Positions 47,600 through 58,318 of a stretch of DNA of 64,000 bases are shown here, one piece after another (the stretch's first letter is position 1; each line of letters opens with the position of its first letter). The DNA lies in assembly GCA_008632985.1 (NCBI GenBank), contig QPGO01000033.1:310001-374000 (forward strand). The letters run 5' to 3'. This stretch comes from Psammoneis japonica (Eukaryota). A program made the translations under genes and the position numbers. The notes beneath the pieces were generated by a model. The model was not told the DNA's origin and made no database searches. It was given only the letters and a program-made list of their open reading frames with translations.

Positions 47600-49660
47600 A
47601 GAGGGATATCGCGGCCGGCATTTTCAGTGTTAGACCGACTCAGAGGGACAGTACACCCAATTCCTGAGGGACACGACACGCATACAAGTGCCATACACAG
47701 ACACATAATCAATCGCACACAACACGCACAATTTCCAAGGGACACGAAACCCTCACAAAGTTTTACCAAGTCAATTTGCACGCAGCAAACTGCAGCAGCA
47801 CAATGATGCGAGCCGCCGGTGTCCCACTTTACGGCGTGATATCTCAATGATACTTTCACCGATTTTCCCGTTGCTTATTTCATTCTTAACATAAATAGTA
47901 CAATACATCCAATGACTTTGATTCCATTGTGTGTCATTGTGAATTATGGATTTCTGTTTTGTTTGAAACCATGCAGCAATTTCAAATTTGGAGAAGCGCG
48001 CACTAGGGAAAGCGTGTACGAAGGATGCAGGTTGTGCAGCATTTCGATTCCCAATGGTCGATCCGAAACTATTGGCAGTGTCACACCATCGTATGTCGTG
48101 TGACATGTGATAGAGCATATGATGCAGTAGTTAAAATTAAGACTCCTACAATGAATGCCAGTGGTGCAAACAGCAAGCTAATCTGCCGTCGATCCGAAAC
48201 TGCCAGTGGTGTCGCATGATAGAGCATGTTAGGTTGTTAAATTTGAGACTCTTACAATAAACACTAGTGATGCAAATAGCATGCTAATCTGCTGTCAATG
48301 TGACTGGAGTTTTTAAGCCGCCGCCCTCTTGCCCTCTTTCTCAATCTTGTTCATCATCGTTTGCAGTTTTTTCCAATGCCGAAACAACAGCTCCCACTTT
48401 GTTTTCCAATTTGGATTTTCCATCAATAACCTTCCTCTCCTCACTTGTGCTAGCTTTGAAGCTGCGAGTTGATGCTGCCTTCTTTTCATCAACCAGCTTG
48501 TTGCACAAGGGCACGGCTTTGTTGTGCTGCTCAACCAAATTAAAAATGTGCTTGAGAGACACGGATTTCAACATCTTGCAAGGCCTGTCCCACCAAGCCA
48601 TGTAGTTGTCATCATCCTTTGCTTGAGGACGATTGCTGCCATTGAGATACTCCTTCTCCTCACTTGTAAACAGCGTGCGCGGGCCCTTGCTTTTAGAGAT
48701 TTGTTGAGTTCATCATGCTCGGATTTTTTGTAAAGTGCTCCACGCCCCAACTTCTTCTTAAGCACCATGTGCACACCAGAATCACATTGTGCCTGCGACT
48801 TAGGCTTCCAATGAGTCCCCTTGCGAGCACCTTTGCGTTCAATCTTGTACTCCATCAAGAAAGTACAGAATTGCCTCATCAATTTGCTGCAGTTCGGCAC
48901 AGTGAGAGTCTCTCCACGCAGATGCTTTCGTTCCAACTGATGGACTGGTGGACATCCTGTTTTTTTGGCAAAAACGTTAAATGCTGCGACCGCCGTCTTG
49001 TAGCCATCTTCGGTTCGGTCTGCTTTGTCTTGCATTTCTGCGCAGGCTTGGAGCATCATGGATTCGTCTTCGCGCTCTTCTGCCTCACCCTCATTTGAAT
49101 CTTCCAAAAAGGAGGCCTCAAGCTCAGCAGCAAGTCGATTGATGTGGTCCACCTCACTCGCTTTTGCCTCGTCGCTCGGCTCGTCGCTGGACTTGTCCTT
49201 CTTGTATGGATTGTTATGATGCATGATGCGAGTAGAAGATTGTGCCTGCTGCAGTGGTTGCTGGTGGTTCCAACCCGTCCTGGGCCTGCGCAGTTGGAGC
49301 ATCTTTTTCATTGATGAGAGATGGCATTGTGGACAAATGATGCCGACAGCGTATGCCATACAAGTCCAATCGCAACGAATCGCAACAATGGCAATGAAAA
49401 CGGTAGACTCTAGCTCTAGCAGCCCTCTAGGCCACAGTGCAACAGCAGCAACGAGCGAGCTGCGCGGCGGTAGTGCGGTGGTCGGACCGTCTGTCGTCCG
49501 TCGTAGGGTGACCGGTCTGGTCGCCGGCTCCACCCGTCGATTTCCGGCCGATTTGCGAGGGACCCGAGGGACACCCTGTCCCTCGGGGGCGCGCTTCGCG
49601 CGTCCCTCCCGCTCCGCGGGACAAATGTCCCTCCAGGGACGCTCCGCGTCCCTCCAAAAA
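47600..49660 (-). mobile_element. Putative degenerate DNA element with GGGAC/GTCCC motifs at both ends and a truncated ORF (~49225-48570)
   Basis: GAGGGACA motifs at the left end and GGGAC palindromes at the right end. The ORF loosely resembles a tyrosine-recombinase N-terminal domain (T.DGY.TAV.AF..F; L.RQF.TFL; Q..SGV..VL). Reduced TA content. Confidence 0.4.
48058..48300 (+). repeat. Tandem duplication (~110-130 bp x2)
   Basis: GTCGATCCGAAACT and TGATAGAGCAT...GCTAATCTGC each occur twice. Confidence 0.85.
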
Positions 49661-49889
49661 AAATTTTCAATTCGACTGCGTACTGCGTGCTCTGGCCTTC
49701 GTTCGACAGCAGGTGTTGCGGTTTGCGCGCGCAAAAAAGATTCGCCCACGATCCAAATCTGCAAAACCCGCAACACGCAACACCGCAACAACACGACCCA
49801 GAAAGCAGCTGCGTAGTCTGCTTCTTCTGTTCCTCATTTTCCTTTCTTACGTGAACCCACAACACCAAACTAACTTCAGCACGACTAAG

Positions 49890-50762
49890 ATGAGTAACGT
49901 CAAGTCTAACAAGATGGACCGCGGCACCGATGCCCTCAAGACGCATGTCTCTGGGACTCAAAAGATGAGCATCCGCCAGAAGGGTTGGTGTCAAGAGTGC
50001 TTGGGATGCGAAGCAAACACCGAGGTATGTTTCCAGCGTGATCTCTTATTGCATGATCAATTGCTTTACGCAGGTCCTTCACAGCCTAATACGTTCTATT
50101 CTTCTTCCTCGTTATCTGTATCATGATGGTCTCTGATTTCATAGCTGAAATACTTCAAAGAGGGTGAAACCAGTGAGTTTGCTCATTCGCTCGAAGAGAG
50201 CGGCTGTTTCTGCCGAGTCTGCTGCACTCCATGCCACCCCTTTACCATGTCTGTAAAGGAAATAAACACTGAAGCCGAGCTCTTATCGGTTGATCGTCCC
50301 TGCACCTGCTGTGCAGGTGGGTGCAAGTGCTGCTGCTATCAGGAAATGTTCATTTCGTCCGGTGGGCAGCAAGTTGGCAGTCTCAAGGAGGATTGTTGGT
50401 ACTGCGTCCCGGTATTTTGGGCCTACGACGCTGACGGTAAAGAGATGTACAAGATCCACCAACCCACTTGCTGCGGCGGAATGTGCCCAAACTGCTGCAC
50501 CGAGGGAAACCCGTGCTGCGGCAAGGGATGTTGCAAGGTGCCGTTTCATATCTTCCCCGCGACTCAGGAGAAGACCCATGGTGATGTGCAGTATGCCGGT
50601 AAGATTCTCAAGAAACCAAAGTCAGCGGCTACCGAAATCTTTACGGACGCCAACGCCTTTGACGTGGACTTTCCCGAGGGTGCAAGCACTGAAGAAAAGG
50701 CGATACTCATGGGGACTTCCATTTTCCTCAATGCTGTCTTCTTCGAGGGAGATAGCGGATAA
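49890..50762 (+). CDS. Phospholipid scramblase-like Cys-rich protein; 2 exons
   Basis: ECLGCEANTE, EESGCFCRVCC and EIFTDANAFDVDFP..AS.EEKAILMG. Intron ~50025-50143. Confidence 0.85.
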
Positions 50763-51110
50763 ACAGATCAAGAAACCTCTTTTTCTGATCTGTGATTCTA
50801 TGTTTTAGGAAAAGAACGTTGAGTTCCAACCACCATCGTTTGGTGTTTGTTCAGTTCCGGGTAGGCACGACAGCACCTAGTAGAGAGTGCTGCTTTACTA
50901 GGAGATTGTGAGTCGTGATTTCAGTGGTTTAGGCATGTTTTTGGTAAATGTAGTTTCCGTAAAATATCAAGTGCCAGTTGTGAGTTAGCGGATAATGTGA
51001 GTTCGGTGATGGGAAAGAAGAAACTCGATGCTGTATATCAGCTTCGAGACGTAGGGTAGCACGCCTGTCTGGAGAGCGAGGGAGGGAGAAGTAATAGTAC
51101 TGCTAGTTTC

Positions 51111-52931
51111 TTATATGTCGAGTCTGTCTCTTGAACCGCTTCCATTGCTAAGAAGTGCTTTTCTGAGACGTTCGTTTTGCTCTTTGTATCCATCTCGTTC
51201 GGCTTGGGACGCAAGAATCTGTGCACGGCAACTTTTGACTTCCTTGACCAACAGCTTTTTCGTGGCTTTCCAATCCTTTTCATTCTCCGCCAAGCGTTCT
51301 CGTTCGAATTGAAGCATATCGCTCAGAACACGTACTTTTTGAGTGTTTTGCTTTTGCATCGATTCGAATTCCTCGTTCATTTTCTTCTTTTCATCCTCAA
51401 GGACGTTTTGGTTGCGTTCCAATTCCTGGACACGGCTGTCGAGAAACGCAATGACTTCTTGATCACTCGATACCTGTAGGGTAACTTTTGTCTGATCTGA
51501 CTCATACTGTCGTAATGACCGCTCGAGAGCTAGCACTTTTTGACTCAAAAATTCCTTGAATCGTTCCGTACCCTGAAGCTTGCCGGCGAGTTCTTCCTTT
51601 TCGTTCACGAGCGCTTGAACTTGCTCTTCGCGCGCATTCAGTTTTTGCGTCATTGCAATAATTGCGGAGAGTTCCATAGGAGTCAACTTGTCTGCCATGG
51701 AATTGACAGCATTTTGATTCAACGCGGGCTGATCCATCATGGTTGTGGCAGCAATGGCGGCGGGAGTAGCCGTCGCCGGTCCCCGAGCTTGAGCTCGATT
51801 TTGCAACATGGAAAAGAGGCCTCCACCAACCTGGCGACCTCCACCGAGCATTCGCGGCGGGGAAGAAGAATTACTGTGGGATGATTGGGCCGTCGTTGGA
51901 GCCGTCGTCGTCGTTGTTGTTGTTTGTGGCATGGATACGATAGTTGCCATGGGCGGGTTGGTCGATCTCGTGCTAGGGACGCTTGCTGGTCGTTGCTGCT
52001 GCTGACGTTGTTGTTGCTGTGGCTGCTGCGGTTCTGCAGGCTCTTCGGCTTCACCACCGCCACCACCAAATCCAAAGAGAGAGTCGACTCGTGAATACAG
52101 TGCAATGTTGCACTGCGCTGTACGAAGAATCTCAAACGCGTCCAAGTACTCAAAGATGCGATTCAGAATTTCCATATCCAATTCTGCCAAATTAGGTGGC
52201 TCCTCTTCTTCCAATAACGCTACAAGCATTTCCTCGTCCTCTTCTGTGACGGCAACTGCGTTGTCTTCTTGCGGTGCTGTCGTTGGAGTAGGCTCCTCAA
52301 TTATTGCAACAGGCTCGTTAGCTGAAGACGAAAGATCAGGCAAAGTCGCTACCGTAGTAGGATTGGATACAGAAGTTTCTGGCCCATCCTCAGCTAATTC
52401 GATGGACGGCGGTGGCGGACTACGCTCTACAGAGTTTGCTGTACCATCCACAACGACTGGACGCTGTTCTGTTTGCTGCTGCTGTAGCTTTCTCACTTGT
52501 TCTCGCGTCTCTTCCAATTCCTTCAGGAGCGATTCGTGTTGATTAACTTTTGGAAGAGCTTCTCGTTTCCATTCTTGCAAGTCACCCAGCGTTATCGATA
52601 GATTCCACATTTCCTTTATAAATTGTTCCGCTAGTTCTCGGTTTTTTTGTGAGTCTCGCGCTTTTACTGCATTCTGTTCTGCAATCGCTAGATTCGACTC
52701 TTTGACATTGCGTTCCAGTTCTGAAATTTGATATTGATGCCTCATTTCTTGATTGAGAGATTCTGCAAGTTCGATATCGACCAGCATGTCCTGCATGGTT
52801 TCCTCCACCTGGGACCGCACATCTAGATCCGCCAACGTGTGCGAGAGAAGCTGCGCCACTTTGGATTGAGTCGGGGTTACGAAAGAGCCAACATTATTTG
52901 CAGAGCTGATGGTAGTAGCAGTGCCTTCCAT
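51111..52931 (-). CDS. Coiled-coil protein with central F-box-like motif
   Basis: LAELDMEILNRIFEYLD; long heptad regions at both ends. Confidence 0.7.
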   Translation of the reverse strand: MEGTATTISSANNVGSFVTPTQSKVAQLLSHTLADLDVRSQVEETMQDMLVDIELAESLNQEMRHQYQISELERNVKESNLAIAEQNAVKARDSQKNRELAEQFIKEMWNLSITLGDLQEWKREALPKVNQHESLLKELEETREQVRKLQQQQTEQRPVVVDGTANSVERSPPPPSIELAEDGPETSVSNPTTVATLPDLSSSANEPVAIIEEPTPTTAPQEDNAVAVTEEDEEMLVALLEEEEPPNLAELDMEILNRIFEYLDAFEILRTAQCNIALYSRVDSLFGFGGGGGEAEEPAEPQQPQQQQRQQQQRPASVPSTRSTNPPMATIVSMPQTTTTTTTAPTTAQSSHSNSSSPPRMLGGGRQVGGGLFSMLQNRAQARGPATATPAAIAATTMMDQPALNQNAVNSMADKLTPMELSAIIAMTQKLNAREEQVQALVNEKEELAGKLQGTERFKEFLSQKVLALERSLRQYESDQTKVTLQVSSDQEVIAFLDSRVQELERNQNVLEDEKKKMNEEFESMQKQNTQKVRVLSDMLQFERERLAENEKDWKATKKLLVKEVKSCRAQILASQAERDGYKEQNERLRKALLSNGSGSRDRLDI

Positions 52932-53350
52932 TTCAATCTATCGCTTTGAATCACTCAATTTCACACGTAATAGTTGCAAGGGAAAGGAAAAGGTAACACA
53001 ATCCCGTTAGCAACACTCAATTGTCAAAGCAAAGCGTTGGAGGGAGTGATGACCTCAAGAAAACAGATGAGAGCAGAAAAAAGTGCAGGGGCACAAATTG
53101 AGTCGAACGAGTCGTAATCGGAGGGAGTTTTAGAAGCACACACGCCGAATCCTTTTTAGGGTGTTTCTGGCATAAGAAACCCGGAGTTTGTGCTCCACGT
53201 GGTCCAATTTTTCGGCGGCATTTTCTATCTGAGAACGTCATCGTCGGCCTCTTTGATCTTGGTTGTTACTGTATTGCGAAGACGCTTACTCATCCAGTGC
53301 AGCTGCGCCACCAACCACCCTCTCATTGAAGTCTCAAGTACACAACCACT

Positions 53351-53927
53351 ATGTCGGACAAACTGAAGGAATACACGCTGGAGGAGGTTGCCAAGCACAA
53401 CACTGAAAAGGACTGCTGGTTGATTATTGGAAATGCCACGAATGGTGAGTCGAGGAACGAGAATCGTCTTTTTTCCCTGTGTATCGTGTGTAGGTTCGGT
53501 TTCTCGCCTATTATGCGTGTCCGAGAGGCAAACCTATGAACCTCAGTGAATGGTCTTCTGTATGTTGCTTACTTACTCACGTTTTTTTTTTCGTTTTGGT
53601 TCAGGCGGCCCCATGGTGTATGACGTGACAAATTATCTGGATGATCACCCCGGTGGTGCAGAAGTCATGCTGGATGTCGGAGGACAGGATGCGGATGAAT
53701 TCTTTGAGGACATTGGCCATTCCAACGATGCACGGGAGGAACTGAAAAAGCACCTGATTGGAAAATTCAAACTGGATGCCAAGGCTCTGGCCAAGATGAA
53801 GGCAGATGCCGAGAAGGCCGCTGCGGCCAAGAGCGGAGGCAGCATGGGTTTTGTTGTGGTACTGGCTATTCTTGCTGTGGCGTTCGGGTACTACCTAATG
53901 ACACAACAAAGTGAAGAGGAGCTGTAA
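53351..53927 (+). CDS. CYB5: Cytochrome b5, tail-anchored; 2 exons
   Basis: [34 protein letters not shown]-terminal TM. Intron ~53445-53605. Confidence 0.95.
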
Positions 53928-54122
53928 ATAGAATCTAATCATCGGTAATCGGGTATATGTAGAGCGGTATGTTGAGTATCAATCTTTTGCGAGATGGCGA
54001 GAGCGCAATGTTGTTTCTTGATTGTGTTTTTGATGCAAGTGGTATGACGCAGACGTTAATACAATGAAAGCATGGAACTTTCAGTGTTCCTTCAATTTAT
54101 TAGCGACAGCATGTACTTGTTT

Positions 54123-55291
54123 TTAGGCGTGTTCATCATCGTCGACTTCGGTGTTCATTTCGCCTTTCGGGGCTTCAACAAAGTGATGCGTGATTGTGCT
54201 AGTGTTCCTTCCTGGACCAACATTGGAGTCGTGTCCTCCCATTTCCAAAGAACGACGGTAGCAAGCCCAAATGGCGTCCTTGATTACTGTACGAAACTTG
54301 CCATTTTCTAATTCGTACATGGCTGACGCAGTCGTTCCTGCTGGGGAAGTCACGCTGTTTCGCAAGATAGCGGGGTGCTCCTTTGTTTCCATGGCATAAA
54401 GAGTTGAACCTAAAAGCGTGTGATGGACCAAGGTGGTAGCTGTATCCCGGGAGAAGCCCATATGCACTCCCGCGTCTACCATTGCCTCCATCAGCATGAA
54501 AATATAGGCTGGGCCACTTCCAGATATGGATGTGCTCATGTCAATGAAGCTTTCATCTTCGACGAATACCTAGTTTACGAGAAAGTTAGAGAAACAAAAG
54601 TAAATTTCGAGAAGCGCGTGAGAGCTCACATACTGCTCATGCGGAATACAGTATAAATAAGCTGCAAAGAACTTACGCTCTTCCCAAAGCAATTCAACAC
54701 TTTCTTGATGCGAGCACGTTCTTCCTTCTCAATATTGTCAGTAGCACACCACACAGTAATACCTTTTCCAATCTGAGCAGGAGTGTTGGGCATACTCCGA
54801 GCCACTTTTTGTATCTTGGGCGAGCCTTGCAAAAAGCTAGAGACGGGTTTGCCAGCTATAACCGAAAGAAGAGTTGCATCTTCCCGATAGTTCGAATTCG
54901 AAACCTGATCATAAAACTTTGCATCCAAGTTCTGTGGCTTGACGGCGCAGACAACCAAGTCGGCGCCTTCTACCAGATCGGCAACACTTGACGCCTTTTT
55001 AATTTCCGGGTGGACCTTGGCAACGCTATCTACCGCTTTTTGTGAAACGTCATAGACTGCAACATCCGTAGCGGGTTGAACACCTGTGGAGATGAGCGGC
55101 ATAATCATGGCTTGTGCCATTTTTCCCGCACCCAAGAAGGCAATCTTATCAAAAGCTCCACCTGATGCGGACGATATGCTCCTAAAACGACAAGCGAACG
55201 AGAAGTTCTTGTTTGCAACGTCCTTTGCAAAACCATGATGACGGATTGATGCCGTCGCTGCTGACGAAACTCTCTTTAGGAAAAGACTCAT
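54123..55291 (-). CDS. P5CR: Pyrroline-5-carboxylate reductase, probably mitochondrial; 2 exons
   Basis: FLGAGKMA, AVKPQ, SVIAG, RSMPNTP, SGSGPAY and VTSPAGTT. Basic/Ser-rich N-terminal presequence. Intron ~54676-54572. Confidence 0.95.
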
Positions 55292-55653
55292 GCTGAATCA
55301 CGCTTGTCAAAAGATTATGACGTGCTATCAGACTCTGCAACGGACAGGAAGGGTAGCGACAGTGGTGGTAAAAAAGAACAACCGCTTTGTCCCTTCAACC
55401 TCTTCTGTTTGTGATTTGTGACTTGTATTGTGACGACCTCCATCCAATCCCGAGTGAAATTTGAAAAGAAGATCGCATCGCGCGAGTGACGCGCGTTGGC
55501 TACGCGAGTAGAGCCTTACAAGAAAGAGACGACAAGAAGGTCTAGATGGTCCTTCTGTTTGTCTATTCTCGGATAGCGAAGAACAGTATACTGGGATCAA
55601 AAAAGAAACTTAGAAGATAGTGGGGGTCGCTCCCTCTGCACAGACTCGTTCCT

Positions 55654-56921
55654 CTACTCTTCCATCGCGTCATTGTCACCCTCCTGCGACTCTTCTTGCT
55701 TGGACTCTTCTTCTTTGGACTCTCCCTTTTCTCGTTCAACACTCTTTAGAACACAGTCTAGAAACGCTTGGATGGGATTTCCACTGCGAAGGGCGGCCTC
55801 GCCATCGCTGGGATCCAACTGGAAGTTTGCCAAGACACTATGATAGCCGTCCATTGATCCATCTTCATCCGGCAAGAGCGCAGCCGTCAAACTCCTAAGT
55901 GTCTGGCTGACCTGTGGAGACCTGAGATTCTCCTCCAAACGTTGTCGTGTTCGCTGATTCTCTGGCAAAAGCTCCATAAGGCGATTGCAAACCTCCTCGT
56001 TTTCCAAGATGGAAGATACGGCTCCAGGTGTAACGACCTCTTGCAGAGGAGGACCAGCTGCTGGCGTTCCAGGAGGGGTGGCCGTAGCTAGTCCCTGCAT
56101 CGCCCCTTGGAGATCGGCAAGAGTCAAAGTGCCGCCTCCAGCCGTAGCACCGCTCGTCTCCCGAGAGGCACCGGAAGCGCCGCTAGTTCCAGTAGTTGAA
56201 CCGGGCTGAGGCATGCCAAGATTCTCCAGAATACTGCTCAGCGCATCTACCTGACTCCCTGTACCACCGCTCGACGGACTATTCACTCCCTGCATGAGTT
56301 GCATCATCGCATCCGGATTCAAAGCGTTGGAGCCTTCACCACTGCCACTGGCTGCTCCTTCTGGTTCACTAGCTGGATTGGGATTAGCTTCTCCAGGATT
56401 GGCTAAGAACTGATTAATCTGAGCCACGTTTACATCGTCCGAATCGCTCTCCTTTTCCTGCATCCAATACATGGTTCTCATCTTGGATTTCGTTTCCCAC
56501 AGAAAGACACGATCATCGGGCCTTCCTGTCTCGACGCGCTCAAAAGTACCGCCCTGACCTTCTTCGACAGCAATGCTATCCACCACAGACTTATCCCTCC
56601 GGTCGACCCACTCCCACTTCAACGAATTATCCACCCATACGAGTTGAATCGTTCCCCTCCGAAGGTCTGGAGTGACCATGAATTTGCCATTCTGAGAATT
56701 GAACGAGAAGAAAAATGAGAATGGCGAATACAGAAATACGTCAAATCACCTTATTCTACGTCCATAATGAATACGACAATTTCAGTACTTACGTCCTGCA
56801 AATCCATATTCATCTTGCCCGCTTTGAAAGATACCGCAACGTGCTTTCCGTCATCAGCGGAGCGGTTTCTACTTCCTCCAGCGCTCGCACCACCCAATAC
56901 ATCAAACAAATCCGAGTACAT
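55654..56921 (-). CDS. RPN13: Proteasome ubiquitin receptor Rpn13/ADRM1; 2 exons
   Basis: Exon 1 MYSDLF...SFKAGKM. PRU domain (PD.RRG.I.L, W.DR, RVF, YWMQE) and DEUBAD-like LRSPQ..Q.L.SL..AL. Intron ~56791-56694. Confidence 0.9.
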
Positions 56922-57490
56922 GGTTTTCGCTTATCTTTCAAAGTGGTTTGTTGGTTGACAAGGAGGCGTCTTTCACACACAACAAATGAGAGCGTGCTGT
57001 ATTGTGCGTGTTAGTTGCGCGCGTTTGCTTTGCAGGTCACTTTCGATGTCGTTCGCGACGCTTCGAAAGCATAAGTGCGCGAAGGGGTGCGCGGTTTCCG
57101 AATTCTAAGTTGCACGTGCGTAGATTCTACAGTGCATTTTATACTATTCCAACGTTTTCTAATTTGGCGACGCTCTTTTATAAGAAAAGGTATAACTACA
57201 TTGAATTTTGGTCCGTTGAAATGCTCAGATTTTTGATAGTGAAGTTATGAAAACTATTCAAAATTTTAATATTTAAATGTTTTAAAACCTTCGTATTAAG
57301 GATTGAAGTGCACATTAAATCTGACAGTTACAGGAAGCTCCTGAAACGGTCGGCAAGCGGAAAGTTCTCGGGACACCTTCAAGTGGCGAAATAAGAGCGG
57401 GCTCACTTTTATTTGTTGCGATCGTGGCAACAGCACAGTTGCGTTTATAGGCCTATCGCATCACAAAGAGAACAGCAAGAACAAGCCACC

Positions 57491-57991
57491 ATGGAGAGCA
57501 AGAGTCAGAAGCCATTGCCATCATCACATGCTCCCACTCGGATGCTGTTGGATCAAACTCACAAGCTTCTTGACTTTTCTACGTTTGCAAGTTCGAGAAC
57601 ATGCAATGATGAAAAGACTTCAAACAAACTGTTCAAACCATCAAGAGAAGCAGTCGTGCAACAACACCAAATAACGGTTTTTGACGATGAACGCATGGAT
57701 GAGGACGACACGGCAGATTGGAACACCGGCGGGGTATTTCGTGAGAGATTCGACTTGGATGTGGAGGAAGAACAAGATCAACGAGACGACACTCACATAT
57801 TCAGCATCAAAAAGGCCTCTCCGATTGCTTCACAGGATGATCAAAGAGACTCGTTTGAGCACTATGAACGAAGCGAAGACTTTCGAGATGAGCACAAAGC
57901 ATGGGAAGAAGCCACATCTTTCGTATCACCGGAAAGAACTAGTAGACTGCCTTGGGCAGTCGAAACAGAGGAACGAAGGATCGGCGTCTAA
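57491..57991 (+). CDS. Hypothetical acidic protein (166 aa)
   Basis: GCCACCATGG start context, open frame, coding-like composition. Confidence 0.65.
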   Translation: MESKSQKPLPSSHAPTRMLLDQTHKLLDFSTFASSRTCNDEKTSNKLFKPSREAVVQQHQITVFDDERMDEDDTADWNTGGVFRERFDLDVEEEQDQRDDTHIFSIKKASPIASQDDQRDSFEHYERSEDFRDEHKAWEEATSFVSPERTSRLPWAVETEERRIGV

Positions 57992-58318
57992 GCCCATTAC
58001 TTATTGGCTATCAAGTCCTCTAAGACTCTTTGGTAAGAAAAGTCGACCACTCCTCAACACCGACTTCTTTAGCAATGGCAATCAGAAATGACGGACAGCT
58101 TGCCAATTACATATTCATGAATTTACACGATGCACATTATGCAACGATCTCCTTGCCGGATGTTTGTACCATCCTTTGGACCTTCCCTCCTTGCAACAGA
58201 CAAAGGGTATGAAGACTGTAACAATATAGGATGATCGATTCCTTTCTAGTAGAGTTTGTGAACAGCTACGTTCACTTTTAGTAGAGCGCATTTCCGGGAA
58301 CAATTTGGGCGTTCCGCC

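Noticed and set aside
49504..49513. TAGGGTGACC resembling a hAT terminal inverted repeat
   Set aside because: No inverted partner or 8-bp target-site duplication found in the window.
49223..49994. Long overlapping Arg/Pro-rich ORFs on both strands
   Set aside because: A by-product of the GC-rich palindromic patch; no coding features.
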